A stretch of DNA of 64,000 nt from a virus. Of this stretch, positions 54,752 to 64,000 are shown piece after piece; position 1 is the first letter of the stretch; each line of letters opens with the position of its first letter. A program made the translations under genes and the position numbers. The notes under the pieces were generated by a model. The model was given only the letters and a program-made list of their open reading frames with translations. It was not told the origin of the DNA and did no database searches. The stretch spans positions 69,216 through 133,215 of the IMG/VR virus record IMGVR_UViG_3300045988_164457; one strand, written 5' to 3'.

Positions 54752-57547
54752 ATGAGACAGATATATACACTGAAATTTAAATCTTCGCTTCTGAAGGAAT
54801 TTGGGTATAAAATTAATATGGAATTTGATGAAGCTAAAAAATTAAAATGTGTAATTGCATTGGCTGATAGTCAGATGCTTCGTACAATAAGAGAAGTCCG
54901 TGGGCAGGTTATTGATTTTGATAAGGTTGAGGGATTATATACAGACAGAGAAATTTATAATAAAAAGCTTTCAAATTCAAAATCTCTTGGAAAAGATGAC
55001 ATTGAAAAGATTGTTGCTAACAGAAACAAAGTACAATCTGAAATAGACGATATGCTATATGTAAAAGATTATGTAACTATCGTTATGGAAAGCACAAAAG
55101 ATTATGATTATATTTGTGAAAATGGCGTTGAAATAAACGGCAAGGTTTATCACAGGTTGAGTTGTTCTGCTGGACAAGCTCGTAAATCAACTATTGTGGT
55201 TTGTCCAGATGATATTATTGATGAAGTAATTCACAGACTTGATAATGACAGAAACAAGAATATTCCTCTCGCTGCAAGTAAATATAATGCCTATTTTGGA
55301 CTTAGCAGTTCTGCAACTCAGGTTGTAAGTGAACCAAAGTTTATTGTAGTTAAAGATTTTGAAAATACCGATACCTTTGACGTACATTTTGTAACTGAGA
55401 TAGCAGGAAACACCGATGATTTAGTAGAAGATAAGACCGTTACACAGACTTTTAACAGAACTGACGGAATGGGACTTATATCTCCAAGACAGGCTAAGAA
55501 ATGGGCTAATGAGTTAGGATTAGATTATATACCCTCACAATTTGGATTAAGGCAAAGCTTTATAAAGGGTATGCTTTGTACGTTCCCCATTCACGAATTT
55601 TGTGAAGAAATAAACGGTGGCAATTACATAGTAGATACGATTTATAAAGATGAAAGTGGAAATTATATAAAAGTTGATCTTCGAGATTACGACATTATTA
55701 TTTCTGAATCGCAGTTTAAGCTTTGGAATTGTTATAATGGTGTCGATGATTACCTTGAAAAATGCCACAAAAACGGTTTGAAATGGGGTATTCCCCAGTA
55801 TGCACCTAAAGAGTGTAAAAACATTCTAAAGATGAATTACCAGTTCTTACAGACTTTGAACTTGAACGAAACTGACATAAAGGAACTATGCAAGCCTTTT
55901 GTTGATTGGATAACGGGTGTTTCATATGATAACTTTGAATATATGTTACTGTTTTTACTTGGAGTAAATAATACAGAAGAAAGCATAAACAATTTTTTGA
56001 GAAGCAGTGATAATTATTGGTTAAAGTCACTTGTAGTAAATCCCGATTTGAAGAATGATAAATTTATTCGTACAAAAATAAGGGATTTGATAAAGAACAA
56101 AATAAAAAAAGGCTGTATGGGTGATATTTATGTTAAGGGTAATTTTCAGACTTTAGTATCTGACCCATATGCTTATATGCAACACGTTTGTGGTATTGAA
56201 CCCGCAGGATTGCTTGATAAAGATGAATTTTATTCAAACTATTGGAATGAACGTAATGTAGCACAAGTAGACGGTATGAGGTCTCCCCTTACTTTCAGAT
56301 CGGAACACGTTGTTATGAATTTAAAAAAGAATGCTGAAACCGAGAAATGGTACAGGTATTGCAAAACTGGCATTATAATAAATTGGTTTGGTCATACAGT
56401 GCAGAATTTCGGGGGTGCAGATTTTGACCTTGATATTTTAGCAACAACGTCTGACCCTACAATTATTAAGGGTGTTTACAGAAATGAATTAACAATGACG
56501 TATGATGCTCCAAAGCCTGAAAAGAAAATTTTTTCAAAAGAAGATATTCAGAATGCCGACAAGTTTGGTTTTGGTTCAATTATTGGTCAAATAACAAATA
56601 AGAGTAGTAATGCTTACGCTTTACTTAAAGAAATTGAAGATAAATATGGCAAAGATAATGATATGTGGAGAATTACATATTCAAGGTTAATCCAGTGCTG
56701 TAAAGCACAGAGCTGTCAGATTGATAAGACTAAACTGGGACGAGAGGTTAAGGGTATTCCAAAATTATGGGTTGAATATCGAAAAACTGATGATAAAACG
56801 GCTGAAAAGAACAGCTATACGCCAGAGGATATAGAGAAAATAAGGTTTTATAATAGTATTCTTCTTGACAAATATCCATATTTCTTTAGATACAGATACC
56901 CTGATTGTAAGAAGAAGTATGATAAATATGTTGATAGCAATGAAACAGCTTGCAAACAGCGTTTTGGTATTTCCTTAAAGTCTTTAATTGATTTAAGTCA
57001 AAAGACCCCAGAACAAATGACTTTCTTAGATAATTATTATAAGTATATGCCTGTTACAATGAGCGATAGTTCAATGAATTTGCTTTGTAAATACATAGAG
57101 GGTGTCAACTTTGAAATTTCAAAAAAAATCAAAGAAGAAACACTAAGCGAGTTCCTTCCAACATTAAAATATGATGTAGAATATAATAAATCTGAATATA
57201 ATACTGTATCAGATATTATAGATGAATGTTTGCTCTTATATAGAGAAGTACAATTTGAAAACGCTGAGAAGGACAAGGATAACCGAGAAATTTTTGATTT
57301 TTCAAAATACACCTCAGAAATCATACTTGCAATAGGAAGTGTTGAGAAGGCTTTAAACTATGTGATTGATTATTTTTACATCAATAATCCAAAAAAGAGT
57401 AAAGACATTATGTGGGAAATGTTTGGCAGATACATTTACACAAGAATAAAAAAAGATATTTCTACTGTAATATTTCCGATGCCTGATAAAAATGGTAATA
57501 TTACATATTTGGGTGAAAACTATTCTGTACAGGAGGTTGAAATATGA
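54752..57547 (+). CDS. candidate single-subunit two-barrel RNA polymerase (SPbeta YonO-like)
   Basis: 931 aa. GGADFDLDIL resembles the NADFDGD/DxDxD catalytic loop of two-barrel RNAPs. HU-like gene lies downstream, as with yonN-yonO in SPbeta. Confidence 0.55.
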   Translation: MRQIYTLKFKSSLLKEFGYKINMEFDEAKKLKCVIALADSQMLRTIREVRGQVIDFDKVEGLYTDREIYNKKLSNSKSLGKDDIEKIVANRNKVQSEIDDMLYVKDYVTIVMESTKDYDYICENGVEINGKVYHRLSCSAGQARKSTIVVCPDDIIDEVIHRLDNDRNKNIPLAASKYNAYFGLSSSATQVVSEPKFIVVKDFENTDTFDVHFVTEIAGNTDDLVEDKTVTQTFNRTDGMGLISPRQAKKWANELGLDYIPSQFGLRQSFIKGMLCTFPIHEFCEEINGGNYIVDTIYKDESGNYIKVDLRDYDIIISESQFKLWNCYNGVDDYLEKCHKNGLKWGIPQYAPKECKNILKMNYQFLQTLNLNETDIKELCKPFVDWITGVSYDNFEYMLLFLLGVNNTEESINNFLRSSDNYWLKSLVVNPDLKNDKFIRTKIRDLIKNKIKKGCMGDIYVKGNFQTLVSDPYAYMQHVCGIEPAGLLDKDEFYSNYWNERNVAQVDGMRSPLTFRSEHVVMNLKKNAETEKWYRYCKTGIIINWFGHTVQNFGGADFDLDILATTSDPTIIKGVYRNELTMTYDAPKPEKKIFSKEDIQNADKFGFGSIIGQITNKSSNAYALLKEIEDKYGKDNDMWRITYSRLIQCCKAQSCQIDKTKLGREVKGIPKLWVEYRKTDDKTAEKNSYTPEDIEKIRFYNSILLDKYPYFFRYRYPDCKKKYDKYVDSNETACKQRFGISLKSLIDLSQKTPEQMTFLDNYYKYMPVTMSDSSMNLLCKYIEGVNFEISKKIKEETLSEFLPTLKYDVEYNKSEYNTVSDIIDECLLLYREVQFENAEKDKDNREIFDFSKYTSEIILAIGSVEKALNYVIDYFYINNPKKSKDIMWEMFGRYIYTRIKKDISTVIFPMPDKNGNITYLGENYSVQEVEI

Positions 57548-58455
57548 ACGAGTTTAAATATAAAGACTTAGATTATGCTAAAAATATAATTGAACACGGA
57601 TTTTCTAAAAAGTATTTTAACACAGAAATTAAACTTGTAGCACTCTATCTTCGTGACGTTCTTGATATAAGAAAAAAGGAAGAGAGAAAAAATGAGTTAC
57701 ATAATATTTGTAAGAAATATCTTAAAGATTATCACAGAATGAGATACTACAAGGTGGTTAATAAGGCAATAGATTACTCTACTTGTAAAAAAAATCAATT
57801 AATCACAATAGAAAGTATTCCTGTTTTAAAGTGTGAGGTTGATTATTTCAATAAGGCAGAACTGACCCTTGATGAAAAGAAACTGTTATTTGCGTTGCTT
57901 ATGGTACATAAACTTAATAAAGAATACTTTGAAATCAAGAATCCAAACGAGCCTTATAATAACATTTATTTTAAAGGTGGGACATCAAGATACTCCGACT
58001 TGAAGAAAGTAAGTAATATTTCAAATAAGGTGGATATAAACATAGACCTTATTTCCAAACTTGCTAAGAGAGGTTATTTACAGCTTTATAGCCGTGGATG
58101 TATCAGAATGAACTTTATAGAACAGATTGATTATGACGATAATGCTGGTGAGGTTGCGTTCGAGATAACTAATTATAATAATATTGGATATTGGTTTGAA
58201 TGGTATAACGGTAATAAGAGAATTAGCAAATGTAATAAGTGCGGTAATGTATTTTATAAGAAATCTAATCATCAGGTTTATTGTGATAAGTGTCAAGGAT
58301 ATGAGAAACAAAATGTTAAAACTATTGTTTGTTGTGATTGTGGCAAGAAATTTGAAACAAATAGCCTTAGTAGAAAGTTAAGATGTCCTACCTGTAACAA
58401 GCTTGAGCGTAGTAGAATCAATGCTCAATATAGAAAAACTCATAAAAAAGACTAA
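57544..58455 (+). CDS. hypothetical protein with two C-terminal zinc ribbons
   Basis: CNKCGN...CDKC and CCDCGK...CPTCNK. 4-nt overlap with the RNAP candidate. Confidence 0.6.
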   Translation: MNEFKYKDLDYAKNIIEHGFSKKYFNTEIKLVALYLRDVLDIRKKEERKNELHNICKKYLKDYHRMRYYKVVNKAIDYSTCKKNQLITIESIPVLKCEVDYFNKAELTLDEKKLLFALLMVHKLNKEYFEIKNPNEPYNNIYFKGGTSRYSDLKKVSNISNKVDINIDLISKLAKRGYLQLYSRGCIRMNFIEQIDYDDNAGEVAFEITNYNNIGYWFEWYNGNKRISKCNKCGNVFYKKSNHQVYCDKCQGYEKQNVKTIVCCDCGKKFETNSLSRKLRCPTCNKLERSRINAQYRKTHKKD

Positions 58456-58470
58456 CTCATTTAATATAGA

Positions 58471-58516
58471 AAACACCCACAAATGACGTATTTATGCGGT
58501 TTGTGGGTGTTTTTAA
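58471..58516 (+). terminator. intrinsic terminator
   Basis: aaacacccacaa...ttgtgggtgttt followed by a T-run. Confidence 0.7.
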
Positions 58517-58623
58517 TTTTCTTTATTATATGATATGATAAAATGGTTAAAATACTCTATTTTATACTATATCACACAATAAGTCAAATGTAAATTGACA
58601 AATTAAACAAAAATTTATTATGA

Positions 58624-58818
58624 ATGGTGGTTAAAAATTTGATCGCAATTTCAAAAGCCGAAGCGCAGGAACTCAGAAAAATACTTTCTAATGTAGAAAT
58701 CCACAAGACCCTCAGAACTAAATCAGGTCGTGGAAAGTATTATCTTGTTGAAGAAAAGAGAAATCTTATTGCTTTGGCGAAGCTCAGAAATACTGATGTT
58801 AGGTCAATTACTGAGTAA
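58624..58818 (+). CDS. hypothetical small basic protein
   Basis: 64-aa ORF. Confidence 0.45.
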   Translation: MVVKNLIAISKAEAQELRKILSNVEIHKTLRTKSGRGKYYLVEEKRNLIALAKLRNTDVRSITE

Positions 58819-58828
58819 CTAACTATCC

Positions 58829-58968
58829 CTACTGTCCCAGAACCCTACCTACTATATCCACAAGCCACTGTGGTTCATCTCCTTTTACAAACTCTTTTCA
58901 TAAATATATACCTCCTGAAAATATATTTTATCTCCTTTTCTTATAGTAGGTACGGCTGTGGGACAGTA
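58829..58968. promoter_or_regulatory. long-range inverted repeat (about 28-nt arms, about 85-nt spacer)
   Basis: actgtccca/tgggacagt and tacctactata/tatagtaggta pair. The distal arm motif ggctgt(c)ggg(tg)acagtaac recurs at 59001-59020. Confidence 0.45.
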
Positions 58969-59042
58969 ACAAAAAATCAAATATCCTATGTAAAACATAG
59001 GGCTGTCGGGTGACAGTAACTTATTTTAAGGAAAATTTTAAT

Positions 59043-59666
59043 ATGATTGACGTTAAGAAGCCTCTGGAAAATGCAAATCTCACTGTAAATTGTGAATATA
59101 TGGACTTGCTTGATATGAGTTCACACTCGGAGAGAAAAATCTATCTCAATGATGAAATCGAAGCTATCTCAGCTCACGATGTAATTTATGAAATTTTGAG
59201 ATTCAATGTTGAAGATAAGGATATTGGTGTAGCTGATAGAAAGCCTATTTTTCTGTATTGTACGTCTGTTGGAGGGTCTGTTATAGATGGGTTTGGAATT
59301 ATAGATGCCATTACAAACAGTAAAACTCCAGTGTATACGATAAACCTTGCATATCAGTACAGTATGGGATTTCTTATTGGTCTTGCAGGACATAAACGTT
59401 ATGCTATGCCAAATGCAACTTTTCTTCTTCACGATGGACAGAATTTTGTGTGGGATAGCTCTGCAAAGTGTAAAGACCAGCTTAAATTTCAAGAGAAACG
59501 TGAGCAGAGAATTAAGGAATATGTTCTTGAACACAGTAACCTTACTGAAAAGGAATATGACGAAAATTATCGTGTAGAATTTTACACTTATGCTGATGAA
59601 GCAAAGAAATATGGTTTTACTGACTATATTATTGGTGTAGATTGTTCCTTGGACGAGGTGCTTTGA
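59043..59666 (+). CDS. ClpP-family (S14) serine protease
   Basis: GGSVIDGFGIIDAI, the catalytic Ser context QYSMGFLIGLAG and His in FLLHDG. ATG at 59043 after AAGGA. Confidence 0.7.
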   Translation: MIDVKKPLENANLTVNCEYMDLLDMSSHSERKIYLNDEIEAISAHDVIYEILRFNVEDKDIGVADRKPIFLYCTSVGGSVIDGFGIIDAITNSKTPVYTINLAYQYSMGFLIGLAGHKRYAMPNATFLLHDGQNFVWDSSAKCKDQLKFQEKREQRIKEYVLEHSNLTEKEYDENYRVEFYTYADEAKKYGFTDYIIGVDCSLDEVL

Positions 59667-59667
59667 T

Positions 59668-60369
59668 ATGGGAAGAAAATCAATTTCTATTACATATGAT
59701 AATCCACCGGAAACATTAGAAGATAATCCTTTCTTTGGATTAACACTTGATGATGAGCAAAAGGCGTTTAGAGATGCTATTTGGAACAAAGATAAACTTA
59801 TAGTATTTTGTAATGCAAGAGCAGGAACGGGTAAAACAACAATAGCAACTGCAACAGCAGATCTTCTTGTTAAATTTGGAAGGTATAATGGCATTGTATT
59901 TATTGCTGCTCCTACACAAGAACAGAAACAGGGTTTTCTTAAAGGCTCGATTGAAGAAAAAAGTGAACCCTATTTTGAGCCTTTTTATCAGGCTTTAGAA
60001 AAGATAGGTGTAAATCTAAATACAGCTATGTATTCAGACATAATGAACGAAAAGAATGGCACTGCATATATAGAATGCATGACACACACGTTTTTGCGTG
60101 GTTGTAATTTTGAAAATAAAATTGTTATTGTTGATGAGGCACAGAATTATTACACCGATGAGTTAAAAAAGGTGCTTACAAGAATACACGATAATTGTAA
60201 GGTGATCGTTATAGGTCACTCAGGACAGATTGATTTATATAGTAACCCTCAGAACAGTGGTTTTGTACGTTATCTTAATCATTTTGCAAAAGATGAAAGG
60301 TGTGCTGTGTGTCAGCTCACGCATAATTATCGTGGTTGGATAAGTAACTATGCAGATGAATTAGAATAA
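59668..60369 (+). CDS. PhoH-like ATPase
   Basis: Walker A ARAGTGKTT, Walker B IVIVDEAQN and IGHSGQIDL. Confidence 0.8.
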   Translation: MGRKSISITYDNPPETLEDNPFFGLTLDDEQKAFRDAIWNKDKLIVFCNARAGTGKTTIATATADLLVKFGRYNGIVFIAAPTQEQKQGFLKGSIEEKSEPYFEPFYQALEKIGVNLNTAMYSDIMNEKNGTAYIECMTHTFLRGCNFENKIVIVDEAQNYYTDELKKVLTRIHDNCKVIVIGHSGQIDLYSNPQNSGFVRYLNHFAKDERCAVCQLTHNYRGWISNYADELE

Positions 60370-60387
60370 TGCAAGGAGAATAAATAA

Positions 60388-60570
60388 ATGGCTTCAAAAA
60401 TTAACAGAAAATATAGTTGTGACGTAAAGGGTCTTATTTCTACTGATGACGGTATAATTACTATCGAGGTAGAAGATATGGAAGAGCCTGTTGTACTTGC
60501 TGACTTTATTAAGGATTTTGTAGGCAAGCCCGATGTTAAGATTTCAGTTTCTTATGGTGAGGGACTGTAA
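60388..60570 (+). CDS. hypothetical small protein
   Basis: 60-aa ORF with a GGAG RBS. Confidence 0.5.
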   Translation: MASKINRKYSCDVKGLISTDDGIITIEVEDMEEPVVLADFIKDFVGKPDVKISVSYGEGL

Positions 60571-60582
60571 TAAGAGGTATAA

Positions 60583-61752
60583 ATGATTGAATATAAAAGA
60601 TTTGATGGCGAAACAGATGATGCTTTGATTCTGAGAATTTGCCGAGATAAAGATATTATTGGTAGTTGGGAAGATGTTTGTGAAATTCTAAACAATTTGC
60701 TTGGCGCAAATTATCGTCCTAATACATATAGAAATAGATTTCAGAATTATGATAAATTTCGTCAGGCTGATTTAGGAACAACTGAAAGTTCTTTACTTGA
60801 AGAAATTAAGGAACAGAGAAAAGAACTTGAAAAAGAACGTATTAAGTTTCGTGATGAACGTAATGAATATAATCGCATTATAAGAGAGGAAGCAAGAAAA
60901 GAATCGTATATTGATATGGTAAAGCGTATGTTATCTGATTACGCTCCCAAGTCATTAAATTACACTACTCCTCCGTCTTATAAATCTGATACAGACATGG
61001 TTCTTGTAGTTTCTGATCTACATTGTGGAATTGAAATAAATCATTATTTAAACCATTTTAATTCTGATATTTTGGCTGATAGATTTGTTACTTGTATTAG
61101 CAAGGTTATAGAAATACAGAACAGGCATCAGTCTGAAAATATTACTGTGCTTATTTCAGAAGTAATAAGTGGTCTTATTCACGAGAATTTAAGATGTGAA
61201 AATAATGAAAATATAATTGAGCAGTTTCTTACTGTGACACAGTATCTTAGTGACCTCCTAACTGAGTTTTCTAAACATTTCAACAATGTTGAAGTGCTTG
61301 TTATGCCGGGAAATCACAGTCGGGTCACACCTAAGAAGGAAAGTAGTTTAAAGGGTGAAAACATAGATAATCTGCTTGTCCCCTATTTGAGTGCTGTTTT
61401 ACAGAATATAAGCAATATTCATTTTCATAAAAACAATATTGATGAAAGTATTGCTATGTTTTCTGTAAGAAATAATACTATTTATGCTGTACACGGAGAT
61501 AAAGATACGCCAAATAATGTAGTTCAAAATCTCACAATGCAGTATGGTATTTGCCCCAAACTTATTTATATGGGTCATCGTCACAAGAATAGTATGGAAA
61601 CTGTTTATAATACAAAGGTCATTTCAGCAGGTTGTTGGTCTGGCGTAGATAACTATGCTATTGATAATAGATATAACACACGTCCTGAGACGGTGCTGTC
61701 TGTTATTAATGAAAATGGTCTTGTATGTAACTATGATATTAAGTTAAATTAA
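60583..61752 (+). CDS. calcineurin-like metallophosphoesterase
   Basis: VVSDLHCG, GNHS, VHGD and GHRH motifs in the canonical order. Confidence 0.75.
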   Translation: MIEYKRFDGETDDALILRICRDKDIIGSWEDVCEILNNLLGANYRPNTYRNRFQNYDKFRQADLGTTESSLLEEIKEQRKELEKERIKFRDERNEYNRIIREEARKESYIDMVKRMLSDYAPKSLNYTTPPSYKSDTDMVLVVSDLHCGIEINHYLNHFNSDILADRFVTCISKVIEIQNRHQSENITVLISEVISGLIHENLRCENNENIIEQFLTVTQYLSDLLTEFSKHFNNVEVLVMPGNHSRVTPKKESSLKGENIDNLLVPYLSAVLQNISNIHFHKNNIDESIAMFSVRNNTIYAVHGDKDTPNNVVQNLTMQYGICPKLIYMGHRHKNSMETVYNTKVISAGCWSGVDNYAIDNRYNTRPETVLSVINENGLVCNYDIKLN

Positions 61753-61777
61753 TTGATTTGAAAGGAATATAAAATAT

Positions 61778-62059
61778 ATGACAAAGGCTGAATTTATTAC
61801 AAAGGTTAGAGAGAACTCAGAGCTTTCTAAGGCACAGATTGATGAGGTACTTACAGTGATTCTTGATACTATTGTTGATAGTGTTGCAGCTGGCGAGAAG
61901 GTCAATTTCGTTGGCTTTGGTTCTTTTGAAAAGCACAAGAGAGCCGCAAGAACAGGCGTAAATCCCTCTACAGGAAAGCCTATTGAGATAGCAGAGAAGA
62001 ATGTACCTGCTTTTAAGGCAGGTAAGATGTTCAAGGATACAGTTGCTGAAAGTAAGTAA
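61778..62059 (+). CDS. HU/IHF-family DNA-binding protein
   Basis: MTKAEFI...VNFVGFGSFEKHKRAARTGVNPSTGKPIEI...PAFKAGK. 93 aa. Confidence 0.85.
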   Translation: MTKAEFITKVRENSELSKAQIDEVLTVILDTIVDSVAAGEKVNFVGFGSFEKHKRAARTGVNPSTGKPIEIAEKNVPAFKAGKMFKDTVAESK

Positions 62060-62075
62060 TATTTGAGGTGATTTT

Positions 62076-62459
62076 ATGTTAAAGGTAAAGTCTCATAATA
62101 CATATCTTACAACGGAAATGCTGATTGGTGATATTATTAATGATGTCAAACGCAAGCTAAACGTGTCTGTAGTAGTACAGGGAGATATTGTGAAGCCGAT
62201 TATAAAGGCAATGATGAATATTGACGACATTGATATTCAGCTTCTTGACTATGATTTTTACGATTATGGCGGTGAATATTATATTGATGTCATTTGGCAC
62301 GATAATATTCCTGAACTTTGGGTCGAGAAGGCTTGGAATGATGAAACAAAGAGATATCTTGGCGGTGAAGCCGATTTTTATTATGTAGCTTCTGATATTA
62401 GCACGAATATGTATAATTATCTTGATGGTCTTGGAACTGTTTTCTCTATCGAAGAATAA
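62076..62459 (+). CDS. hypothetical protein
   Basis: 127-aa ORF with a GAGGTG RBS. Confidence 0.55.
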   Translation: MLKVKSHNTYLTTEMLIGDIINDVKRKLNVSVVVQGDIVKPIIKAMMNIDDIDIQLLDYDFYDYGGEYYIDVIWHDNIPELWVEKAWNDETKRYLGGEADFYYVASDISTNMYNYLDGLGTVFSIEE

Positions 62460-62470
62460 TTAAATGTTAA

Positions 62471-62506
62471 GACGGTGGGTTGCAATAGTAACTCACTGTC
62501 TTTTTT
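62471..62506 (+). terminator. intrinsic terminator
   Basis: gacggtgggtt...aactcactgtc (two G-U pairs) followed by tttttt. Confidence 0.65.
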
Positions 62507-62538
62507 ATTTATGCCTTACAAGAAGTCAACCAACCTTA

Positions 62539-62566
62539 TTGGACGTCTGGGGCAGACGTTTATAAT
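62539..62566 (+). promoter_or_regulatory. promoter upstream of tRNA(CAT) and the long non-coding region
   Basis: TTGGAC-16-TATAAT. Confidence 0.55.
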
Positions 62567-62697
62567 TACGTCTATAAATAATATGTCAGGTTTTTATATC
62601 GCTTAGTAGGCATATCAGCGAAGCGGTCACATTTTATAATGTGTGATTGGTGGGCTTGGTTTAGAGTTATCCAAGTGATATGACAAAACTCTTTTAT

Positions 62698-62771
62698 GGC
62701 GAGTTGGTCTAATGGTAGGATTAGGGTCTCATAAACCTTAGATTTACGTTCAAGTCGTAAGCTCGCACCCA
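62698..62771 (+). tRNA. tRNA with anticodon CAT (Met, fMet or Ile2 identity unresolved)
   Basis: Hand-folded, 74 nt: D-arm GTCTAATGGTAGGAT, anticodon loop CTCATAA, T-loop TTCAAGT, CCA encoded. Position 1-72 is a G-A mismatch. Confidence 0.75.
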
Positions 62772-64000
62772 ATAGTAAAAATCACTGTCAATGAAGGTTT
62801 TTGTAATAACCATCGTGAGTGTACGATTATATTATGGTCAAATTTAATCAGATGCCTCAAATTATGATGATTATAGTTTTTGGCGTTATACATAGCTATG
62901 AGCATTTGTATTAACAATAGTTGACAAAGTGTTTGACCAACACTATTCGTCTGATGACAAGGATAAGAGTAAATGGATATGATGCCTTGTAAAAACTTTA
63001 TTCTAACGTGTGCAATAAACCTATTAAGATTATCCATTCGAGATAGTACGAATAGAATAGACATACTGAAGTAATTGGATTCTGATTTATCAGAATGGGC
63101 GTTTATAAGTATGTTATATGTAAACACAGATTTAATACGTTTGTGTTTACACCAAGTAGGCAGTTCTCGATAATCTGCTGTTAGTAGCTCTGTCTGCGGA
63201 CAACTGAGGTCAAAGTAGATATGCGTATCAAAATGACTAAATCAAATATGAAGTGAAACCAACACTCTTTAAATAAATGGTAAAAACGGAAAATATAAAA
63301 CAATAATAAACTTGTTTGTAAGAAAGATGCTTGCATTTTCCCATTTTCACTACCGTTTGTGAAGTTTATTCGTCCAGTCGAGGGTGGAATGACGTTAAAC
63401 TCTACCCTACCATAATGGTTCTGAGAAAATAATTATCAGAATTATGTTTACAATAACCCCGATGAAAACGGTTGTCAACCTTTCGGGACACGATTATAAT
63501 GAATGTTTATGGAATGATAGTTTTATAAGCAAGTCAACTTTGTATTATGAAAGTATGCAAGATGAGAGGAAAATCCTCAAATTTAGTTGTGGTGCTAAGA
63601 GTTATCGCTTCAAAAAGCACAGAACTTATCGCTGTGGTAATAGACGCTTCTGTGAAGAATAAGCCTTATACTAACGAGTGGAATCGCAAAGTCACTAAGG
63701 TAATCCAAAAGAACACAGTCTGTTTTGATGCTTGAGAAATCAAGCTATAAGGTAAGTCGCTGGTAAAAGTAGCCATATGACAGTATTGGGAACAAATCTT
63801 TTTTTTGTAATGATTTTAAAGAAAATTTCAAATGCTGAATGACTGGTGAAATTTGTGTATAACCAATTACACGCAAGCTTTGAGAGTAATCTACGGTAAG
63901 AAGCTATAGGGTCGCTACCTATAGTTCAGCCTTATCGTCTTGGTGGCTGAATATTGAAGAAGATAATGGAGGTACGGCGAAGGTCGTATTGCAGGCATAA
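62772..64000 (+). ncRNA. candidate large structured non-coding RNA (truncated by window end)
   Basis: More than 1.2 kb without an RBS-supported ORF, visibly more GC-rich than its surroundings. Many local hairpins, e.g. 63079-63096, 63120-63150, 63904-63924 and 63925-63951. Directly downstream of a tRNA. Confidence 0.35.

Noticed and set aside
62572-63735. Four ORF-track entries (62572-62772 minus, 62750-63127 minus, 63444-63662 plus, 63547-63735 plus)
   Set aside because: The first overlaps the tRNA. All lack Shine-Dalgarno sequences, two overlap each other in different frames, and the region looks like structured RNA.
62772-64000. Group I or group II intron, or tmRNA
   Set aside because: I could not find the GUGYG 5' end or a domain V-like helix of group II introns, no interrupted host gene is evident, and there is no tmRNA tag-ORF or tRNA-Ala-like end. 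The question is left open pending covariance-model searches.

Overview
AT-rich dsDNA phage or prophage segment from a low-GC Firmicute-type background: promoters are textbook TTGACA-17-TATAAT and ribosome-binding sites are GGAGG-type. All function calls come from motif recognition by eye, and no database search or RNA-folding program was available. Layout: (i) 1-20.1 kb is one long minus-strand DNA-metabolism block with an RNA-ligase-like enzyme, ATP DNA ligase, HD hydrolase, RecD-like SF1 helicase, DnaE-type PHP polymerase, PD-(D/E)XK nuclease, TOPRIM primase, DnaB-like helicase, AAA_24-type ATPase and an SSB-like protein. (ii) 20.2-21.25 kb is a promoter-driven minus-strand array of four tRNAs, several non-canonical, ending in a solitary CRISPR-like repeat. 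(iii) 21.3-28.9 kb is a leftward accessory block with an orphan MazF/PemK toxin, a tyrosine recombinase and several ParB/DUF262-fold genes. (iv) 29-44 kb is a mosaic of self-contained promoter-to-terminator cassettes: three XRE/LexA-type regulators behind paralogous face-to-face promoter modules, a single-chain nuclease-methylase-specificity (Type IIG-like) R-M enzyme with a controller HTH, a NYN RNase behind an attenuator-like leader, a 1085-aa HD+GHKL ATPase followed by an ImmA-type metallopeptidase, a type-I-toxin-antitoxin-like convergent RNA pair, and a stand-alone DUF262 gene. (v) 44-47.3 kb holds small leftward genes. (vi) 47.65-49.85 kb is an ORF-free pivot whose top strand flips from C-depleted to G-depleted exactly where gene orientation flips. 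(vii) 49.85-62.5 kb is a rightward block with a T5orf172 protein, DNA methyltransferase, a YonO-like single-subunit RNA polymerase candidate, ClpP-like protease, PhoH, a metallophosphoesterase and HU. (viii) 62.5-64 kb is a promoter, a tRNA(CAT) and more than 1.2 kb of relatively GC-rich, hairpin-dense non-coding sequence. The DnaE-type polymerase, YonO-like RNAP, HU and type I TA-like locus resemble the SPbeta group. No virion structural genes, cas genes or CRISPR array occur in the window. Most notable: three dispersed, sense-transcribed solitary repeats with type I-C CRISPR repeat architecture, which are RNA anti-CRISPR candidates; one is wired into a duplicated promoter.
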